This document shows, piece by piece, positions 60,998 through 64,000 of a DNA stretch of 64,000 nt (position 1 is the first letter of the stretch; every line of letters starts with the position of its first letter). Under the pieces are notes generated by a model. That model ran no database searches. It was not told where the DNA came from and was given only the letters and a program-made list of their open reading frames with translations. Source of the DNA: Alphaproteobacteria bacterium (GTDB lineage Bacteria; Pseudomonadota; Alphaproteobacteria; Micavibrionales; UBA2020); NCBI GenBank assembly GCA_021413445.1, contig JAIOQI010000042.1, forward strand, positions 2,588 to 66,587. Reading direction: 5' to 3'. The position numbers were made by a program, and so were the translations under genes.

Positions 60998-61558
60998 ATG
61001 AACAATTTTAAAAAATGCTGCGGGATTCTTTGCGCCGTCCTTATGCTGGCGACCGCCGCCGCGCCGTCCTTCGCCGCCACAGAGGCCAAGAAGGATTCCA
61101 CCGAAAAATCCGCCGGCAATGAAATCGTGGAGCGCGGCTGGCAGCAGCGCTGCCCCAAAACAAAAGACAAGCAGACCGCCGATAAAAAACAATGCGAGAT
61201 CTTCCAGCGCATCGACATGAAGAAAAATTCCCTGCGCCTGGCCGAATTCGCCATCGGCTTCCCCCGGGAAAAAGGGATGGACAGCGGCGCGGCGCGCGGC
61301 GCGATCATCCTGCCCTTAGGGATCCTGCTGGAACAAGGGGCGCAGATGAAAATCGACGACGGCAAGCCGCTGGCTTTCAAAATCCGCTTTTGCACCAATA
61401 CCGGCTGCTTTTCCTACCTGACCTTCAGCAAAAATGTCCTTAATTCCATGAAAAAAGCCAAGTCCGTGTCTTTCCTTTTCAAGACGGCGGACGGGCGGAA
61501 GGTCAACCTGGTCATGGGCCTGGGCAGTTTTGAGAAGGCGCTCCAGGAAATACAGTAA
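60998..61558 (+). CDS. invasion-associated locus B (IalB) family periplasmic protein
   Basis: 186 aa. Signal peptide ...PSFA/AT, and conserved Cys pattern (C...C, FCTNTGC). Confidence 0.82.
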   Translation: MNNFKKCCGILCAVLMLATAAAPSFAATEAKKDSTEKSAGNEIVERGWQQRCPKTKDKQTADKKQCEIFQRIDMKKNSLRLAEFAIGFPREKGMDSGAARGAIILPLGILLEQGAQMKIDDGKPLAFKIRFCTNTGCFSYLTFSKNVLNSMKKAKSVSFLFKTADGRKVNLVMGLGSFEKALQEIQ

Positions 61559-61564
61559 GCGCCC

Positions 61565-61604
61565 CGGAGTATTAATACTTTAAGCTATTTCTCGCAATAC
61601 TCCG
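61565..61604. terminator. hairpin between convergent ialB and pepA (possible bidirectional terminator)
   Basis: CGGAGTATT (61565-61573) pairs with AATACTCCG (61596-61604). The perfect palindrome AGTATTAATACT lies at 61568-61579. There is no clean T-run, and the right arm lies in the last pepA codons. Confidence 0.35.
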
Positions 61605-62967
61605 CCACATAACGATCCAGCAGCCGCACGCCGAAGGCGCTGGCGCCCTTCGGCACGCTGGTGCGGTCCTTGTTGGACCAGGCCACGCCGGCGATGTCCA
61701 GGTGCGCCCAGGCCACGCCCGGCTGGATGAAGCGCCTGAGGAAATGCGCGCCGATGGCGCTGCCGGCCGTGCCGCTGCCGATGTTTTTCATGTCGGCGGC
61801 GGGGGAATCGATGTCCTTGTCCCAGGCGTCGTTCAGCGGCATGTGCCAGAGCTCCTCGCCGGTTTCTTTGCCGGCGCCGAGCAGGTGCTTCGCCAGCGGC
61901 TCGGCGTTGGCGAAAAGCCCGCCGTATTCGTGGCCGAGCGCGGTGATGATGGCGCCGGTCAGCGTCGCCAGGTCGATGATCTGCGTTGGCTTGAACTTTT
62001 CCTGGCAATACCACAGCGCGTCGCACAGGATCAGGCGGCCTTCCGCGTCGGTGTTGAGTATCTCGACGGTCTGCCCGGACATGGTTTTGACGATGTCGCC
62101 CGGACGGCTGGCGGTGCCGGAGGGCATGTTCTCGGCCAGCGCCACCACGCCGACGACATTCACTTTCGCCCGGCGCCCGGCCAGGGCTTTCATCAGCCCC
62201 ACCACGGCGCCCGCGCCGGCCATATCCCATTTCATGTCGCCCATGTTGGCGCCCGGCTTCAAGGAAATCCCGCCGGTGTCAAAGGTCACGCCCTTGCCGA
62301 CGAAGGCGATGTTCTTCTGGTTTTTACTGCCGCCCTTGTAATGCATGGTGACCAGCTTTTCCTCCTGCGCGCTGCCCTGGCCGACGGAGGCCAAAGCGCC
62401 CATGCCCAGCTTTACGATCTCCTTGCGGCCGAGGACCTTGACGGTGATGCCGAGCGGCGCCAGTTCGCGGCGGATGATTTTGGCGAAACTTTCGGGATAG
62501 AGCACGTTCGGCGCTTCCGAGACCAGGTCGCGGGTCAGGAACACCGCGTCGGCCAGCTTGCGGCTGGCGTCGAATTTCTTCCGGGCGGCGGCGGCGGCCT
62601 TGACCACCACCTCGACCGATTTAAGGGTGGGCTTTTTCTCCTTCGGCTCCCTGGTCAGGTACTTGTCGAAGCGGTAGCTGTTGAGCAGCAGGCCGGTCGC
62701 CAGCCCGCTGGCGGCCGCATCGCCAGCCGCCGCTTTGCCGAGGCCCGCCACCAGCAGATAAGAGGCGGAAACGCCGGCCAGCCCCGGGATCGCCAGGATC
62801 TTGCCCTTTTTCCCCTCAAACCCCGCCGCCGCAATGGCGCGCTTGACCGCGCCGCCGTTTTTTTTGTCCCAGGCGGCGGCTGATTCTTCCAGCCCGCCCC
62901 CCTCGGCGGCGAAAACGACGCAGGCGCCCGCTTTACGGCTGGATTTGATTTCAAAGCTGATTTTCAT
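61585..62967 (-). CDS. pepA: leucyl aminopeptidase (M17)
   Basis: The track ORF extends to 63015; ATG 62967 (MKISFEIK) is the likely start. Motifs VGKGVTFDTGG and NTDAEGRL. Confidence 0.94.
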   Translation of the reverse strand: MKISFEIKSSRKAGACVVFAAEGGGLEESAAAWDKKNGGAVKRAIAAAGFEGKKGKILAIPGLAGVSASYLLVAGLGKAAAGDAAASGLATGLLLNSYRFDKYLTREPKEKKPTLKSVEVVVKAAAAARKKFDASRKLADAVFLTRDLVSEAPNVLYPESFAKIIRRELAPLGITVKVLGRKEIVKLGMGALASVGQGSAQEEKLVTMHYKGGSKNQKNIAFVGKGVTFDTGGISLKPGANMGDMKWDMAGAGAVVGLMKALAGRRAKVNVVGVVALAENMPSGTASRPGDIVKTMSGQTVEILNTDAEGRLILCDALWYCQEKFKPTQIIDLATLTGAIITALGHEYGGLFANAEPLAKHLLGAGKETGEELWHMPLNDAWDKDIDSPAADMKNIGSGTAGSAIGAHFLRRFIQPGVAWAHLDIAGVAWSNKDRTSVPKGASAFGVRLLDRYVAEYCEK

Positions 62968-63032
62968 GGCTGTTCTTTCTTTTTTCGGCTGAAGAATGTA
63001 GAAATGGTGGCTCAATAATATAAAGTGATAAC

Positions 63033-64000
63033 ATGTTGGTGACTCGCTATCTATTCAAAAACCTGTTCAATACGGCCGTGTTCATCGCGCTGTCGCTGAC
63101 GCTGGTGATATGGCTAACGCAGTCCCTGAACCTGCTGGAACTGGTGGCCAATTCCGATGCGCCGCCGTCGCTGTTCTTGCGGCTGGTAGTCCTGACGCTG
63201 CCGAAGTTTCTGGAAATAATCCTGCCGCTGTCGCTGGTCATCGCCGTGCTGTTCACTTACAACCGGCTGATTATGGACAACGAGTTGATCGTGATGCGCG
63301 CCTGCGGCATCGACCATTACGCCCTGGCCCGCCCGGCCATCATTCTTGCCGTCATTATCAGCCTGACCGTGACGGTGTTAAGCGCCTGGGTGACCCCCAC
63401 CTGCGTCGGGCAGGTCCAGGCGCTGCGCCAGACGGTCAAAACCCAATATTCGGCCTTCCTGCTCCGCGAGGGGGTTTTCAACACCTTCGGGGACAAGTTC
63501 ACCGTCTACCTCCGCGCGCGGGAGGCGGACGGCAGCATGCTCGGCCTGATCATCCATGACACCCGCGACAAGGAAAAACCCCCCATCACCATCATCGCCA
63601 AAAAGGGCCAGGTTGTGATGGACGGCGATATTCCCAATATCGTCGTCTTTGAAGGCATGCGGCAACAGCTTGATCCCGTCAGCGGCACGCTGTCGAAGCT
63701 TTATTTCTCGCGCTACACCATCGAGATCAAGGGCCTGGAGGGCACGGCGCAGGAACGCTGGCGCGGCGCCGGCGAACGCACGCTGTCCGAACTTGTCAAT
63801 CCCGACTCCGCCAACAAGAGGGACCGCGACAACGCCAACCTGTTCCTGGCAGAGGCTTTCCACCGCCTGGTCTCGCCATGGAACGCCCTCAGCTTCACCA
63901 TGACGGCGCTGGCCGCGCTGCTGCTGGGGCCTTTCAACCGCCGCGGCCAGAACCGGCGCATCGCTTTCAGCATCTTCCTGGTGGCCGTGCTGCAGTCCCT
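63033..64000 (+). CDS. lptF: LPS export ABC transporter permease LptF, N-terminal part (runs off window end)
   Basis: Absent from the track (no stop inside the window). My translation from ATG 63033 gives MLVTRYLFKNLFNTAVFIALSLTLVIWLTQSLNLLELV...YFSRYTIEI. It is divergent from pepA, as in most Proteobacteria. Confidence 0.88.
   Translation, partial: MLVTRYLFKNLFNTAVFIALSLTLVIWLTQSLNLLELVANSDAPPSLFLRLVVLTLPKFLEIILPLSLVIAVLFTYNRLIMDNELIVMRACGIDHYALARPAIILAVIISLTVTVLSAWVTPTCVGQVQALRQTVKTQYSAFLLREGVFNTFGDKFTVYLRAREADGSMLGLIIHDTRDKEKPPITIIAKKGQVVMDGDIPNIVVFEGMRQQLDPVSGTLSKLYFSRYTIEIKGLEGTAQERWRGAGERTLSELVNPDSANKRDRDNANLFLAEAFHRLVSPWNALSFTMTALAALLLGPFNRRGQNRRIAFSIFLVAVLQS

Overview
Dense, mostly housekeeping chromosomal segment. 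I call 68 protein-coding genes, one of them (fabG) frameshifted. I found no rRNA, tRNA, CRISPR array, transposase or integrase. Hand-counted lines give about 58-63% GC in core genes. The gene content points to an alphaproteobacterium: ALA synthase hemA, a Tim44-like protein next to secB/fxsA/mltA, IalB, a DUF3035 lipoprotein after lspA, and the rmuC-def-fmt-truA, rpsF-rpsR-rplI-dnaB-alr and mutM-echA-rpsT-dnaA neighbourhoods. I cannot name the species. Genes are tightly packed, with eight 4-nt ATGA start/stop overlaps, and all long intergenic gaps are AT-rich promoter regions. Because third-codon positions are GC-rich, almost every real gene has a long stop-free antisense ORF in the track; I rejected these, including a 1428-aa one. 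Items that stand out from the core background: (1) a cytoplasmic tandem-PAS chemoreceptor, apparently co-transcribed with a truncated haemoglobin and followed by ALA synthase; (2) two tandem paralogues of an unrecognised helical protein downstream of groESL, with a perfect CtrA-type box upstream; (3) a low-GC insertion between mutM and echA encoding an HExxH...E protein with no signal peptide plus a small secreted protein; (4) a frameshifted fabG inside the fab operon; (5) a 135-bp nested palindrome between convergent genes; (6) an orphan CbxX/SpoVK-type AAA+ ATPase with an unknown N-terminal domain, preceded by a 16-codon sORF with a perfect Shine-Dalgarno sequence; (7) a KcsA-like 2-TM pore protein with a degenerate SGMGP filter; (8) low-GC or foreign-looking genes wedged into the normally contiguous def-fmt and fabD-fabG pairs. 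All functional calls come from motif recognition in the supplied translations. No database search was run.
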